Shown: positions 38,467 through 51,718 of the stretch, piece by piece | Layout of the letters: each line of letters starts with the position of its first letter | Numbering within the stretch: position 1 is the first letter of the stretch | NCBI GenBank assembly: GCA_013239625.1 | Contig: MU054220.1 | Coordinates: forward strand, 9,025,367-9,089,366 | Direction: 5' to 3' | DNA: 64,000 nucleotides | DNA from: Lama guanicoe | Lineage: Eukaryota | Program-made: the position numbers and the translations under genes | Notes under the pieces: generated by a model | What the model was told of the DNA's origin: nothing | The model's input: only the letters and a program-made list of their open reading frames with translations | Database searches by the model: none

Positions 38467-41400
38467 TCAGAGATGGTTAAGAAACTCATAGCCAGATGTA
38501 TGGCATGTGTTACATGTATCATGTATGTGTTATACAATATGTCTATTATATAAAGCATATATATGTAGCTTTCTAAATATTATATGATAATTTGGGAACT
38601 CTTTCTCATATGAGTATCAATGAAAGTCACATAAAAAATAAGTCTTCAACCAGATGGTTCTTCATCATTGCAATAAATGTGAGCACCCACAATGCAGAAC
38701 AGGATCTCAAACAGTGAAAAGCTCTACATTTGAACCTTTGGATGCCACTACCGCAGGCTTAAATCCATACAATTATTTATTTCAATACATTTATTCTAGG
38801 TCATAACTCTTTCTGTTTTCAAAATATGTTACATAGAAGGCAGCAGAGAGAAGAAAATGTTATCTCTTAGATGGTTAAGAAACTCAGAAAAAATTATTTT
38901 TCTCTACAATAACCACTCACAAAGCTCATATAGTGATGATTTCTCTTCAATTTAGGAATTCTAAAACTGATAAATATGAGTGCGCTCCTGGATTCCCCAT
39001 AAACTCTGTATAATGTATGCTAAATTCTTATATGTACATAATGCATATTTTTCTAAGAAGGTCCACAACTTATAAAAATTCTTGGATATGTGGTTCCCCC
39101 TAAATATAAAAATAAACTGCTACTCCATTTGAGTTTGAGTTGCATCTCAAACCAAAAAATGCATTCGTATGAAAAGTGATGATTCTTGGAGGTACAGTGG
39201 AGGATGGTGTAGGGATGCAACCCCTTAATTTTCTACTTCCGATTTCAGTAATAGTGGTGGTGAAAAAATGTACTCAAATGTACAAATATGTTTTCTGGGG
39301 CTTATAACAACCAGCCATGGAATACTAATTTAAGTGAGGGTTTCTAAAGACTTGTTGCAAACACATTTTTTTATGCTGATTAAAAATGTCGTGGGTACAA
39401 GAGTATTACCTTTTATGGCTCAAAATCAACACAGTTAGCTCAGATATACTACCCAATATTATGGATTTTACTTTTAGACAAGGATAGCATACCTTCATTT
39501 TAAATCATGTCATCTCAAACTCATCCTTACTTTTGTCTATGTTAAGTTCTATACCAGGTCTTATCTATATGTAAATAGACTCAACACAGCAAAGAAATTC
39601 CCCTGAAAAATTCAGGATATGTCCTCTTATTTCCTATAGAGTGAATCTTAGGGCGAAAAATCTTGGTCTCTTTATCTGTTCTTTTTTGTGGCTCTTCCTC
39701 ATTGGAGGAAGAATGGCTAGTCCAACAGATCTGTATCCCCAGTGCACAGAGCTCTGTTAGGGTCAGTCTTGATGTTCAGTCCAGCCTGTTTTCTCTGGCC
39801 TCTCAGACACGTCTGTGCAATGTTCTGTAATATACTCTTAACAGCTAGTACTATGAAACAGAAGAAGGCTGAATGGAACCCAAAGCCAAAGTTCCAGCCA
39901 AAAGCAAGGACTTAATATTTGTAGAATACTGAGAATCTAAAAAAAGGAGAAAAGAATAAAAGCAGGACTTTTAACAAAAAAAAAAAAGGGACTTCCTGCC
40001 CATGATCTCGATAAGCTAGGTAATAGATCCTGGGTACAATGCATGCGGGAATAACTGCAAATATTTTTGCCAAGGTCTCTAGAAAATTTAGATTTGAAGT
40101 AACCACTGACCAAAATCCAACTACAATATGAATGTAAGGTTAGGGCACAGAAGCATGCTTAGTGTACTGGTGAGACAACAGGTCTGCCAACTTTACACAA
40201 TTAACTGCTGCTAAAAACAGTTAACAATATAATCTGCAGCCCACAACTCTCATCTTAAACTGGCCAGGCAGAGCTTTCTCTCAAATGACCACAGAAGCTA
40301 GGTTATGCAGTTACAACCTTCAGGGCAAGGATGTGAGCCAAAGGTTACTCAAGTTTTACACTATCTAGACTCAGTGCCGGAGAAAAACATTTAAATCACA
40401 TTTCCCCCTGTTTTAGGAGGGCAAAAAGAAAAAGAATCCTGAGTTGTTGAGGGTTTTTTAAAATTAACTAACGAGAGATTTTTAAAAACCCTGCAAACCA
40501 GGAGAAGGTCCCACCTCCTAAGTGGAATATAACTACATAAACCATCTATTTTGGAAAAATTAACGATTCATTCCACAAAAGTTTATTATGTAACTGATGC
40601 ATGTAAATGTTTTAGAGCCCAATCACCAGCCTCTGTTATGTGGTATTTAACATGAAACATAAAGGAATATGGCTAGCAAGAGCCCCACAAACTGATGTTT
40701 TGAAACAGTTCAGTTGATTTCAATAGATGAAACATTTCTACTAATGTAGGTCACAGTATACCCTCAGAGCTCTTTACGACAATTATTTTTGTCCAGATTA
40801 TGTTCATTTTTTGTTTGCCACTTGGAAAAAAATAACAAGCTCTAAATTTTACAAAGGAATAATACTTAAATATTGTTGAACTAAATAATGGCTAGATATC
40901 ACAGGTAATTAATATGCGTAAATTGAAGGTTCTTGATATTGGTTAAAGTGACTATGGTGAATCAGAATGGAAAGGAACTGATGTCTCAAATGGGCTCTTT
41001 CTTTGGGAGCTGGGAACAGAGGTCGTGGAAGGAGCTCCCAAGAAAAATGATCAAGCTGTGAATAGATATCAAATGGTAATGTTGGTGACAGCATGGGGCA
41101 TTGGCTGTGGCCTTAGCTGACATCCGAAAAACATAATCAACTGAATCAAATCCATCAGGCAAATAATATATTTACTGGGAGTTCAGGGAATTGAAGAGTG
41201 GAAAAAAAATATTTGAACTGAGGTTATGTGAGGGATGGCTACCTAAATATTGCCTCAGACCCTGGGACAGAAGAGAAGTTTATGTCTGATTCAGCTGCTT
41301 CTCAGTAGGTCCTGACTTGCAGCTTCTAAAAGATGAATCAGAATGTGCCAGGGCAATTTCATGGTAGTCTGCTCCACACCTTACTGACCTTCTATTTCCT

Positions 41401-42519
41401 TCTCTTCCCTAGATTCCTGGCCTCCCTGATTTCACCTTGAATTTTATCACGACTACTTATATCTCTGGATCTTGATCTGAGTAGATGTTCTTTTTCAAGC
41501 TGTGGCTGTTGAGAGACCCCTGCTGCATGCTTCTTGCTCACTTTTCACATTATCGTCCTCAGGAGGAGTTTAACTCCTCGTAGCTGCTATAAACAACGAC
41601 ACCCCTCCTGGTATATTCCCCACATCCCCATTCCTCAGACTAGGCTAGCACTGCCTCTTCTATGACAGATCTATTAGCCATGACACACCATTTATTTCCA
41701 CGCTTGTTAACACAGGTCTTTCTGGTCATCTGCAGTTATTTAGGACCTAGTACAAAGTAAGTTTCATATGAAGATCTAAATCAGTTTGTAGAGATGTGTG
41801 GAAGTCTACAAGAAACAGACTCTAAGGCCATATCAAACTCAGTAAGATAGATTCCAGGGCCACATCTAGACTCAGCAAGAAACAGCACATTTATTAATGT
41901 TAGTTAACATGATATAGGATGCAGAATCTCCCTTTGTCTCCAAGCTGAACCCATAATGCACATGTAGCATGTTTGCTGCCCAGTTTCCTTTCACTTAAGT
42001 GAACTACCTCTCCCTCATTCATCTGGCTGCAGCTTCAGTCTTCGCACTACTAACCACACCTGTTCACCTCCCTCTGCCAACCTCAGTGACGGGAGTGTGT
42101 TCCAGGCCTTCAGTCCTATTAACTGTCCTCCCACTTCAGTAATTCTTACAAAGTGTGAGCAGATGACCCAAAGCATATTCCTTTCTGAGGACAGACATAA
42201 GATATCAAGTAGGAAAAAGTACACTTTTTCTCTCTGAAATTGCAATGAGATGATATCTTTCCTACTTGCATGGAGGAGGACCATCCACAGTAGAAGTTAA
42301 GGCCAACACGCGCACACCTGTGCACACGTGCACACACACATACACACACGACAAAGAAGCAGAGATATGCAGCATTGGAAAGTGGACAAAGGGGGTATTC
42401 GAGAGGCATTAATAATTCTCTTGTCCCTCCCACTGAGGAATTTATTTCTTTGATTAGGTGAACTGCAACCTTTCTAGCTAAACATGTAAGCAATTTCCTT
42501 TTTGTTCAATCTACTTATT

Positions 42520-42830
42520 CTTTTTTCCCCCATATTTATTCAGTGCTTATTATGATTTGCAGGACCACATTTTTAGATAATGGCAATATTAGTACAAACA
42601 AAACAGAAAAAGCCCTGACTTCACAGAGCTCACGTTCAAATGGAGAGAGAGACAATGAACAGAATATGTAAAATATTCATTTACAGTGTGTTAGGTAGTG
42701 ATATATGCTAAGGAAAAGAAAAGAAAAATAAAGCAGAGTCAGAATACGGGTGCTATTGAGGGACAAGAGAATTTCAAATTTCACATTGTGTCACCAGGAA
42801 AAGTCCTGTTAATTAGGCATGTGTCACATA
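42520..42830 (-). mobile_element. L2 3' end
   Basis: atatttattcagtgcttattatg...aaacaaaacagaaaaagccctgacttcacagagctcacgttc..tggagagagagacaat. Confidence 0.75.
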
Positions 42831-43154
42831 TCTCTAAAAACATTTTTTATTACAAAGCCCAATATAATGCAGGTTCATCATCTTATTCATTTTATTTATA
42901 AACTTTATAACATTCATCTTCTACTTTACCATGATATGGCACTGAAAGAGTCTACCCCACAAGATTATAGCATGATCTTATTTTGCAGCATTTACTCCAC
43001 CTTTTAAATGTTCTCATTTTATTTGGGTTTTAATCCTGTAAGTACACTTAAATATTTATAGTATTATTTAGGTTGCTTCAAAAACTCAAATCCATAATTT
43101 TCATCTGAAGCAACAATAATCAGTTTGCTGCGGTTTTTAACAATGGGCACAGTT

Positions 43155-43480
43155 GCTTTACTAGCTTTTGCTGCAACACTGCTGCATCAAAAAACAACTC
43201 TGAAGTCACAGTGGTGTACAACAAACATTTTATTTCATGTGCATGGAGTTGCAGATTTTTGATCCCCTAATAGGTCAGAAAAGCCTGAGCAGTAACCTTC
43301 TTCATAAGGACATGGCTTAGAAATGGCACTCTTATCATTTCCTTCAAAATTCCATTGGTCAGTTCAAGCCACAGGTCAAGCCCAACATATGGGATGGAGA
43401 AGGATATTCCACTATTGGTGAACCATTGCAAGGGCAGAGAGCAAAGGAAGGATTTTTAATACAAAATGCAATCTATCATA
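43155..43480 (-). mobile_element. MaLR LTR remnant (MLT1J/K-like)
   Basis: ttactagcttttgctgcaacactgctgcatcaaaaaacaactc...attccattggtcagttcaagccacaggtcaagcccaaca. Confidence 0.6.
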
Positions 43481-44902
43481 GTAACTAAGTGTAATTCTAC
43501 AAACTGAGCGCTATAATAGGGAGTGATCTAAACATGGCTACAGAGTGAAAATTCTAGAAATCCGGTCTTATTCAGGGCATATGGGAAGATCTGCCGTCCA
43601 CCTGAAATTCTCGGTCCTTTACAGTTGATATGTTTTTTGGCCTGCTTGGCATTCTAGCCTCTCAAATTTAATTTTGCTTCCTGTATCAGCCCTTTATAAC
43701 ACAATGTGTATATGACTGTAAACACATTTACTGTAACTTATCAGAAATGTGCTACGATCCAATAGTTTATCAGCATCCTGGGTTTTCTGAAGGTGAGCAC
43801 AGTATGTTCATCTCTGTACACCAAAGCTTAGTTCAGTTCCTGGCTGTAGGGATATTCAAATATCACACAATGTACTTGGTCTAAATGATCTTAACATTTC
43901 TCCCTAATCTAATATTAAGCACAAAGCATTGTGTTCTCACAAGAGTTTGGAATGTTGTTCTAATAAAGTATCAATGATACTCTGGTCTTAATGCTAAAAA
44001 TCCTTAACAATAGTCAAGAAAGTGACTTTGCTTGCTGTGTTTAAGCAGCATTTGCTCCAATCTTTAGCTTCCAACCTTGGATTCCTTATCCTCGGGGTCC
44101 TCTTTTCATTCAGTGCTCACTTGTGCTCGGTCTTTGGATTGCTGCTCATCCTGCCAATCATTTCACAGCAACGATCCTGGCAGACAAAGCAACTTGCCTG
44201 CACAGCCAGGTGTTCGCTTTGGCACCCTCACCACTGGCAAGGGTTGACTCAGATGTTTCCCACACCTGTGAGTTGGCTGCCCAATCTTAGCCAGCTCCCA
44301 TGAACTTAATTATCATGCTCAATTTCAAAATAAAAAAAAATGGTTAAGAGAACATGCACAAAAATTCAGATGCTGCTACTTCCTGCCACCCCCTGCTGAG
44401 TCCTTCCCAACAGAACACCACCGTAAGCAAATTAGTGTTTCTTCATCATTTTATTTTGATTTGTGGGATGTGGAAATGGAATACAACTCATTATATCTCA
44501 AGAGCTGATTAATTTTAATGGTGAAAGCATCTCTGTGCTTTGCCCATCAGACCGTGACTACCTATAATCTTAACATATAAACCTATAAACCTGTAATCCA
44601 CAGGTAAGTGCAAGGTCCATGAAGGACCCTGACATTTAACATGTCTGTTTTTGAAGCATGTTATAATTTTAGATATCAAAAGGTGGAATTTTATAACAAA
44701 AGAAAATTGTAAACAGAATTAGATTTCAAATACTATCATAACTTTCTCTTTTCTCTCAGCCAATGATTTGCTGTATTTCCTTAAGGAAGAATGTTCCCGT
44801 ACACTCTGAATTGCCCATTCATTTGCTCAACATCTTTCCTGTTACTCCACTCATTTTGCCTAATGTACCAATCAACTGGCCATAACTCCATGTTTATTCT
44901 CC

Positions 44903-46645
44903 ATAATCAGAACTAGGATACTGGAATAAGAACAGGCATATAGATCAAGGGAATAGACCTGAGATTCCAGAAATAAACCCATACATTTATAGTTAAGTCA
45001 TGTTTGACAAGGATGCCAAGACAAATTAATGGAGAAAGAACAGTCTTTTCAACAAACGGTGCTAGGACAACTAGATTTCCTCCTACAAATGAACTGAGTT
45101 GGACATTCTCCTCCCAACATGTCCAAAATTAATTCAAAATTAATCAAAACCCTAATTTTGAGAGATAAAACTTTGAAACTCTTAAATGAAAATGGGTATG
45201 AATGCTTGGGACCAAGAATTAAGCAATGGTTTCTTAGATATGTTACCTAAAGCACAAACCACCAAGGGAAAAAAAAGATAAATTGGTCTTCATCAACTTT
45301 AAAAACTTTTTTGCTGCAAAGGACAATGTCACAAACGTGAAAGGACAAATCAAATATCTTTTTTTAAATTGGAGTATAGTTGATTTACAATGTCGTATTT
45401 TAGTTTCAGGTGTGCAAAGTGATTCAGTTATATACGTAAGTGTATATATTTATTTTTCATATTTTTTCCATTATGGTTTATTACAAGATATTGAATATAG
45501 TTCCTTGTGCTGTACAATAGGATCTTGTTGTTTATCTATTTTGCACATAGTAATTGTATCTGCTAATCCCAAACTCTTAATTTATCCCTCCCCTATCCTC
45601 TTGCTGCTTTGGTGACCATAAGTTTGTTTTCTATGTCTGTGAGTCTGTTTTGTAGATAACTTAATTTGTGTCATATTCTAGGAGCCACATATAAGTATTT
45701 TCATATGGTATTTGTGTTTCTCTGTCTGACTTATTTCACTTAGTGTGATGATCTCTAGGTCCTTCCATTGCTGTTAATGGCATTATTTCATTCTTGCAAA
45801 TCATATATCTGATAAGAGTCTTATATCCAAAATATATAAATAATGTCAAAATTTAAAAAAAAACTCAATTAAAAATGGACAAAGGATTTAAATGTTCATT
45901 TTCCAAAGAATACATAAATGGCCAATAAGCATATGGAAAGATGCTCAACATCACTTGACATCAGGGAAATAAAGTAAAATTAATAGGACACCACTTCATA
46001 CACACTAAGGATGGCTATAATAAAAAAGACAGACAACAAGTTTTGGCAAGGATGTGGAGAAACTGAAACCCTTATGCATTGTTGATGGAAATGTGAAATG
46101 GTGCAGTCACCTGGAAAACAGTTCCTCAAAAGTTAAGCACAGGGTTACTATACAACCCAGCAATTCCACCCCCAGGTATGGACCCAGGAGAACTGAAACA
46201 TATTTTCACCCAAAAACCTGTACAGACATGTTCACAGCAGCATTATCCATAATAGCCCCAAAGTGAGAAAAACCCTAGTGCCCAGCAACTGAAGAACAGA
46301 TAAACAAAATGTAATCTATCCATGCCATGGAACTTAGCCATCAAAAGGAATGAAACACTGATACATGCTACAAGGATGAAGCTTGAAAACATTAGGCTAA
46401 GTGAAAGAAGTCACACACAAAGGGCCATGTATTGTGTGATTCATTTATATGAAATGTCCACAACAGGCAAATCCATAGAAACAGTTCATTAGTGGTTGCC
46501 AGCGGCTTGGAGAAAGAGAAAATGTGAGTGACTGCTAAAGAGGATGGGATTTCTCTCTGGGGAGATGAAACTGTTCTGGAATTAGATAGTTGTGTTGATT
46601 GCATAATCTTTTATCATTTGTGGATTGTATTTCAGTAATAAAAAT
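44903..46645 (+). mobile_element. L1MB-like ORF2 3' part and 3'UTR, interrupted by a younger L1
   Basis: tagatcaagggaatagac..gagattccagaaataaacccatacattt...gacaaggatgccaagac...cagtcttttcaacaaa; ggcaaggatgtggagaaactgaaaccc...; gaaactgttctggaattagatagt. Confidence 0.9.
45360..45796 (-). mobile_element. Young 5'-truncated L1 3' end with 14-bp TSD
   Basis: ttttttaaattggagtatagttgatttacaatg...; flanked by caaatcaaatatct (45346-45359) and caaatcatatatct (45797-45810). Confidence 0.9.
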
Positions 46646-46998
46646 GAACAATCTATTGATACATTAAACAACACTGAGGTATCGCAAAAATAATTATGTT
46701 GAGTGAAAGAAGTCAAACCAAAAAGAGAGGGTAACACTGTAAGATTCCATTTATATATTCTAGAAAATGCAAACTAATCGTAAGGGAAACAGATCAGTAG
46801 TTGCCTGATAGGAAGTGTGACAGGAGGAAGAGATCACAAAGGGGCATCAGTAAACTTTGGTGGATAATAAATATATTCATTATCATGACTGTGGTGACGG
46901 TTCTACATTTGTATACATATGATAGAAATTACCAGGCTGCACACTTTATGTATGTGTGATTTATTATATGTCAATTATTTCTTAATAAAATAGTTAAA
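46645..46998 (+). mobile_element. L1MC/ME-like 3' end
   Basis: taattatgttgagtgaaagaagtcaaac...attccatttatat..tctagaaaatgcaaactaat...tttattatatgtcaattatttcttaataaaa. Confidence 0.8.
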
Positions 46999-48389
46999 GC
47001 AAACTACATACTGAATCTATTGGTGGTTAGTGAACCATCAACTGGGAGGAGACACTCAAATCTAGAAAACTGCTATTAATATTTCATTTTATACACTTTT
47101 TATGATGATAAATTGGACTGGATGAGCAGCAATCACACTGAGAAATTTATGTCTATAGCACACAAGCCTCAAACTCAGATGTGTTCAATCATAAAATTCC
47201 CACGTGCTGACTAGCCTCTTCTTCATGCATCGCCACCATTTTCACACTAGATAGAGAAAGAAGTACAATAAAAACTCAATGTCATCCCAAAGAGATCCTC
47301 CCCAAGATCTACAATGCCCACTTCATGTCTGGTTAGGAGGAGAAATAACACGTATCCGGAGGAAGTTCTCAAGTTTCCATCAGTAAGAGCTGCCGGCCTC
47401 TGTCTTTGCCTATGAACAGGACAGAGTTGCAGACTTTTCTACCTCGTTCTCAAAGCAAGGCTGCTGCCCCCTACTGTGGAAATGGGGGAACTTCACCCAA
47501 ACCATCAGCTCCCAGGCTCCTCGGAGTTAACAGACTATCATTTTCCTCTGTGCTGGGGTGAAGCTTCAACTAGCACGTGTGCCAGGATATGTGACTACAG
47601 GCAAAGTAAAAAAGACGAATTTCATGAAACCCATTTGGGAGTCACTAGCTGGTGGCCAGATGCAAGAATCCATGCTGAACTTGTTTCTGCTTAGAGGGAT
47701 GAAAAGTCAGCATTGTTTACTTTAGCAAATTCAAGGAGTGAGTGTAACTCAGCTCTTAATTTGAATACCAAAATTTATAGAGATCAGTACAACCTGGCAA
47801 TGTAACTGCTCCAAGTTAGAAGAACATACGTTTATCTATTTCAGAGGCGATCACATGGACACAGTAGAAGGTGCCTGGCAGTGGGTAATTACAAGAATGT
47901 CTGGCCCAAAAAGCAGTGGCAGCAGAAAACAAATTCACAGGCATCCGTGAAGCCACCTAAAGATTACCACCTAGGCAAAACTCCATGAGAAGTAGGTCTT
48001 TGTGTTTAACCCCAGTACCTAACACAACGTGGCATTCAGTAAACGACTAAGTATTCTGAGCTTCCAATGACAAAATGATCTGTTTTCACTGAAGTTCAGA
48101 ATTTTTTAAAAACAGAAGGGGCAGGGGTGTGGGTGTGGGGGTGTGTGTGTGTTATGGATAGAGAAAAGAATCATATATTTAATTAGGGTCTCAAGTGGTT
48201 TTGTGGACTAAATACAGTGAAGAATTATTTGTTTCAACCTAGAAACTATGGTTTTAAAGGTTCCTAATTGAAACTGAGGAAAGAGAGGAATTTTTTGGCT
48301 CACAGCTGACCCCAGTTTGAAGGAGTGAGGCAAAGTCAAGATTTTACACTCCCCGACTTTTGTTCCCAGATGCAAAATTCTTTCTATGC

Positions 48390-48727
48390 TTAAGTCCTTT
48401 TCACCTGGAATGCTCTTTCTCTGACCTTTTGCGTGGCACGGTCTATCTCATCCTCCAGCAGGGAGGAACCACCAATCGTGCTATGCAAGTGCCTCTCCCA
48501 ACCCAAATTATGCTGTATTCTGTCTCTGTGCATTTCCCTCAGAGCACTAGCACATTCCACTAACATTCGTTTAACGTGCTTTTAAAATCTGACTCCTCCA
48601 ACTAGAATCTAAGCTCCATGAAGGAAGGAATCTTACCTATCTTGTTCTCTGCTAAATGTCCAACACTCTAAAACAAAGACTGGCACATTGTAAGCACCTA
48701 ATAAACATTTTGTGAATGAATGAATGA
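48390..48727 (+). mobile_element. L2 3' end
   Basis: ctagaatctaagctccatgaaggaaggaa...ctggcacattgtaagcacctaataaacattttgtgaatgaatgaatga. Confidence 0.85.
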
Positions 48728-48825
48728 GTTTAAGTATAACAACTTTAAAAGGAAAGCCAGTTGTAGTCAGTGAGTACTGTAAAAGTCTGTCTGGTCTTGC
48801 TGGCAAAAATAAGTAAGGTGCATAC

Positions 48826-49275
48826 CTAGTTCCCAGTTCAGGAATAACAGAGATCTTTTCCCTCCCTTTCATTCCATTCTAACAGAAGGAACACGGAAAG
48901 AGATGAAACCTGCATCAAAAGACATCATCTCTAGGTGGTGCTTCCAGAGTGCTTGGTGCCAGAGGAGCAGGATGTAAACGATGAAACTTAAGTTTGAAGA
49001 CAGACTGTGAATTTTAATTATCTCTACTATCCCTGTCTCCCATTGCCATGGATAATTGAAAGTTGGCCATATTGCTAGGTAACGCTTCATTCGCTGAATA
49101 ACTTGGCACTTAGGAAAACGTTCTGCAGGAGAAGCAATTACAGCAATTGTCTCATCGGGGGCAGCTGGAGGATGGATACAAACTGACTTCTGATGTTTTT
49201 GCTCTTTCGACATATTTATTAGATTCTTCAACCTAGTTTTGAATATCTTCGAATATAGATGCTCAGTTGTTGTAC
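48826..49275 (-). pseudogene. Candidate exon 2 (450 nt) of the decayed minus-strand gene
   Basis: Strong acceptor tccccctctctgtccccacacag|G and donor TAG|gtatgc; one frame is open from the acceptor to the TGA at 48871-48869 (TTTEHLYSKIFKTRLKNLINMSKEQKHQKSVC...); 8 CpGs in 450 bp against depleted flanks. Confidence 0.5.
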
Positions 49276-50574
49276 CTGTGTGGGGACAGAGAGGGGGACT
49301 GCAAGAAATTCATGTCATTCCAGGGGCAGTTACTCTGTCCATTCCTTATACAAGGGCTCTCTGAGCACAGACCACTACGGCCCCTCATCCCCCCCAACAT
49401 ATGTCTAACTGGGGAAGTTACATCCACACTATGGTTAAACAAAGATTTGATGACAAAAATAAACACAGCAAAATGTGGCTCTGGGAGAATGTTTGAGAAG
49501 GTGCTGGAGTAATTCTTTTCGCCCTGCAGATTTATTCGTGCTATGGTGGAGAGGACTTAAGAGATTTTTCAAATAGCTGAAGCACCTCCTTTGTTCATTT
49601 CACTGCCTTTCTCCAACTGCCTCACTTCCTAAGTCAATGCTTTGTCACTTTGAAATGGTCAGTTTAGACTTTCCAAAGCACGGGGCTTGAGACAATCAGC
49701 CTAAAGCTTGTATGCTGTGTTCACCATTTCTACTCTAACAGCCGTTCCTAGACAGTCTCCTAGGAAGGTAGGTGTACCACCTCTCAAACACTGTTCTGAC
49801 ACTCTATGGCTCACGCAGAGTGGAGATGTTTTTCTTGCAAGGGAGATAAGCAGGCATTTTAGCCTGGGCTGAGCAGGGTCCACTTAGTGTTATCAATACA
49901 ACTGTCAGTGTTCCCTAATATGTCAGTGGTCTCTGTAATATATATGGTGTAGTTCCCAAAGTATATCAAATGCAGGTGTCTGAGCCAGAACAATTAAACT
50001 CAATGACATCTGAAGAGCCAACAGGATTTGTATTTTTAAATGCTGACATTTTCAGCTATGTGTGGTGGTGTTTTTGTTTGTCTGTTTTTTCGTGATTTTT
50101 TTCCTTTGGGTAGTGAATTGTACTTTTCAAGGTATATTTCTGTTCTCTTTCACATTCCTTCACTTCCTGTTAATTTTTTTTAAAGGTGAAAATACTTTTT
50201 AGCCTGAAGTTATCATAAGTTATGAAAGTGAGTGAGTTATGAAGTGAGTAAGATTTCTTGACCTCTCATTATCTAATGAGCTGCTCTCCCTATAGATTTC
50301 CATGACGTCTCCTGGCTTTTTTAAAAAATAAGAACAGAAAACTGATCTCTAATTATTGAAATTATTATTCCTCACCATCATCAGAATCTCACAGAGGTCT
50401 CCTATAACTCTAGACAGTCTGTGGAAATGCTGGTGTGGGTGGAAGATTCAGAGTCCTGGAAACATGGCTAACCCTCTGGATTGGGTTGTGGACTTTCTGC
50501 TATGTGCTCCCACAGCATCCTGGACATTGCTCTGCAGAACTTAGGACAACGGCAATTGATTATTTGTATGGCTT

Positions 50575-50805
50575 TTGCTGATTAAGCTCTATATGTGTGT
50601 CATTATGCTAAGTGCTTTGCAAATGTTTTATAATGTAATCTTGACAAGAACCCTGAGAGCTCAATACTTTCACTAAGTCGATATTATAGAAATGAAAAAT
50701 GTGTCTGAGATGTTAGGTAGCTTGCTCAAGGTCACAAACTTTGTAATTGGCAGTGCCCTGACTAAGGATTATGTGACCTCAATGGACATGATCCTAACTA
50801 CTATG
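50575..50805 (-). mobile_element. MIR SINE
   Basis: tgctaagtgctttgca...taatcttgacaagaaccctgagag...gttaggtagcttgctcaaggtcaca. Confidence 0.8.
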
Positions 50806-51674
50806 CAAAACTGACTTCCCAGTTGATAAGCTAATGCTGAATTTTTTTTAAAGGCATTTTTCAGTTGCTCAGGGGTAGTTCATTAAAGAATGAGATGTAA
50901 GACAGTTGTCCACATTCTGGTATGAAATCTTCAAGATTGGTTAAGGAATAACTGCAAAATGCAGCTACAGCCAGCAGAGTTCAAAAAAGTATAGCCACAC
51001 AAGATAAAAGCAAATTGCAAAAAGCATGGTGGGGTGTGTGGGTAATGGATAGGATTTAGTTAGGTATGTGCCTGTACAAACTTTTACTTAATTTTATTGT
51101 CATTTCTAGATTTAAAAACAGACGTGCTTAGTTTACTTTAAAATAACAAAGGAGCAAAGAAGACATAAAACACCAATTCCTGCCACTGAGAACTAACTGC
51201 CAACATTTGGTGCCCTTCATTCAGTATATTGAGATAATAAACGTAACTTATGATCTTGTGAGTCATTCTATCAGTGTAGATAGATAGATAGAATGACTCA
51301 CAAAATTGTTATTTATAAAGACTTTATTAAGCATGGATTTGTGTTCTCACACTTCAAAAAAATAAAATATTCAGATTATTTCAATTTAAACTAACATATT
51401 TAACAAAAATGTTGGCTTTACGCTAAACTAAAAGTTATTAAACTTTAAAGAAGTGTTTCTTAACAATAAAAGGTATTACTAAAATATTTCAATACAGAAC
51501 TTAATTAAAAACCAGGAGAAATATTGAGGTTGAAATATTGAGTAATTCATTTTTAACTACACTTTACAAGTTTAATCAAGCTTAAACTGTATCAATTGAC
51601 TCTGCTATGAAAGATGTAAAGAACTTCATCCTCTTTCCAATTTTCTTAATTATCTCGGGGTTTTAAACTGCCAG

Positions 51675-51679
<5 letters not shown>

Positions 51680-51713
<34 letters not shown>
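51680..51713. repeat. (TA)n microsatellite, about 17 units
   Basis: Directly visible. Confidence 0.95.

Positions 51714-51718
<5 letters not shown>

Noticed and set aside
40450..40492. 15-bp inverted repeat (14/15) with a 13-nt loop
   Set aside because: Low-complexity A/T arms and too short for a pre-miRNA or MITE; probably chance.
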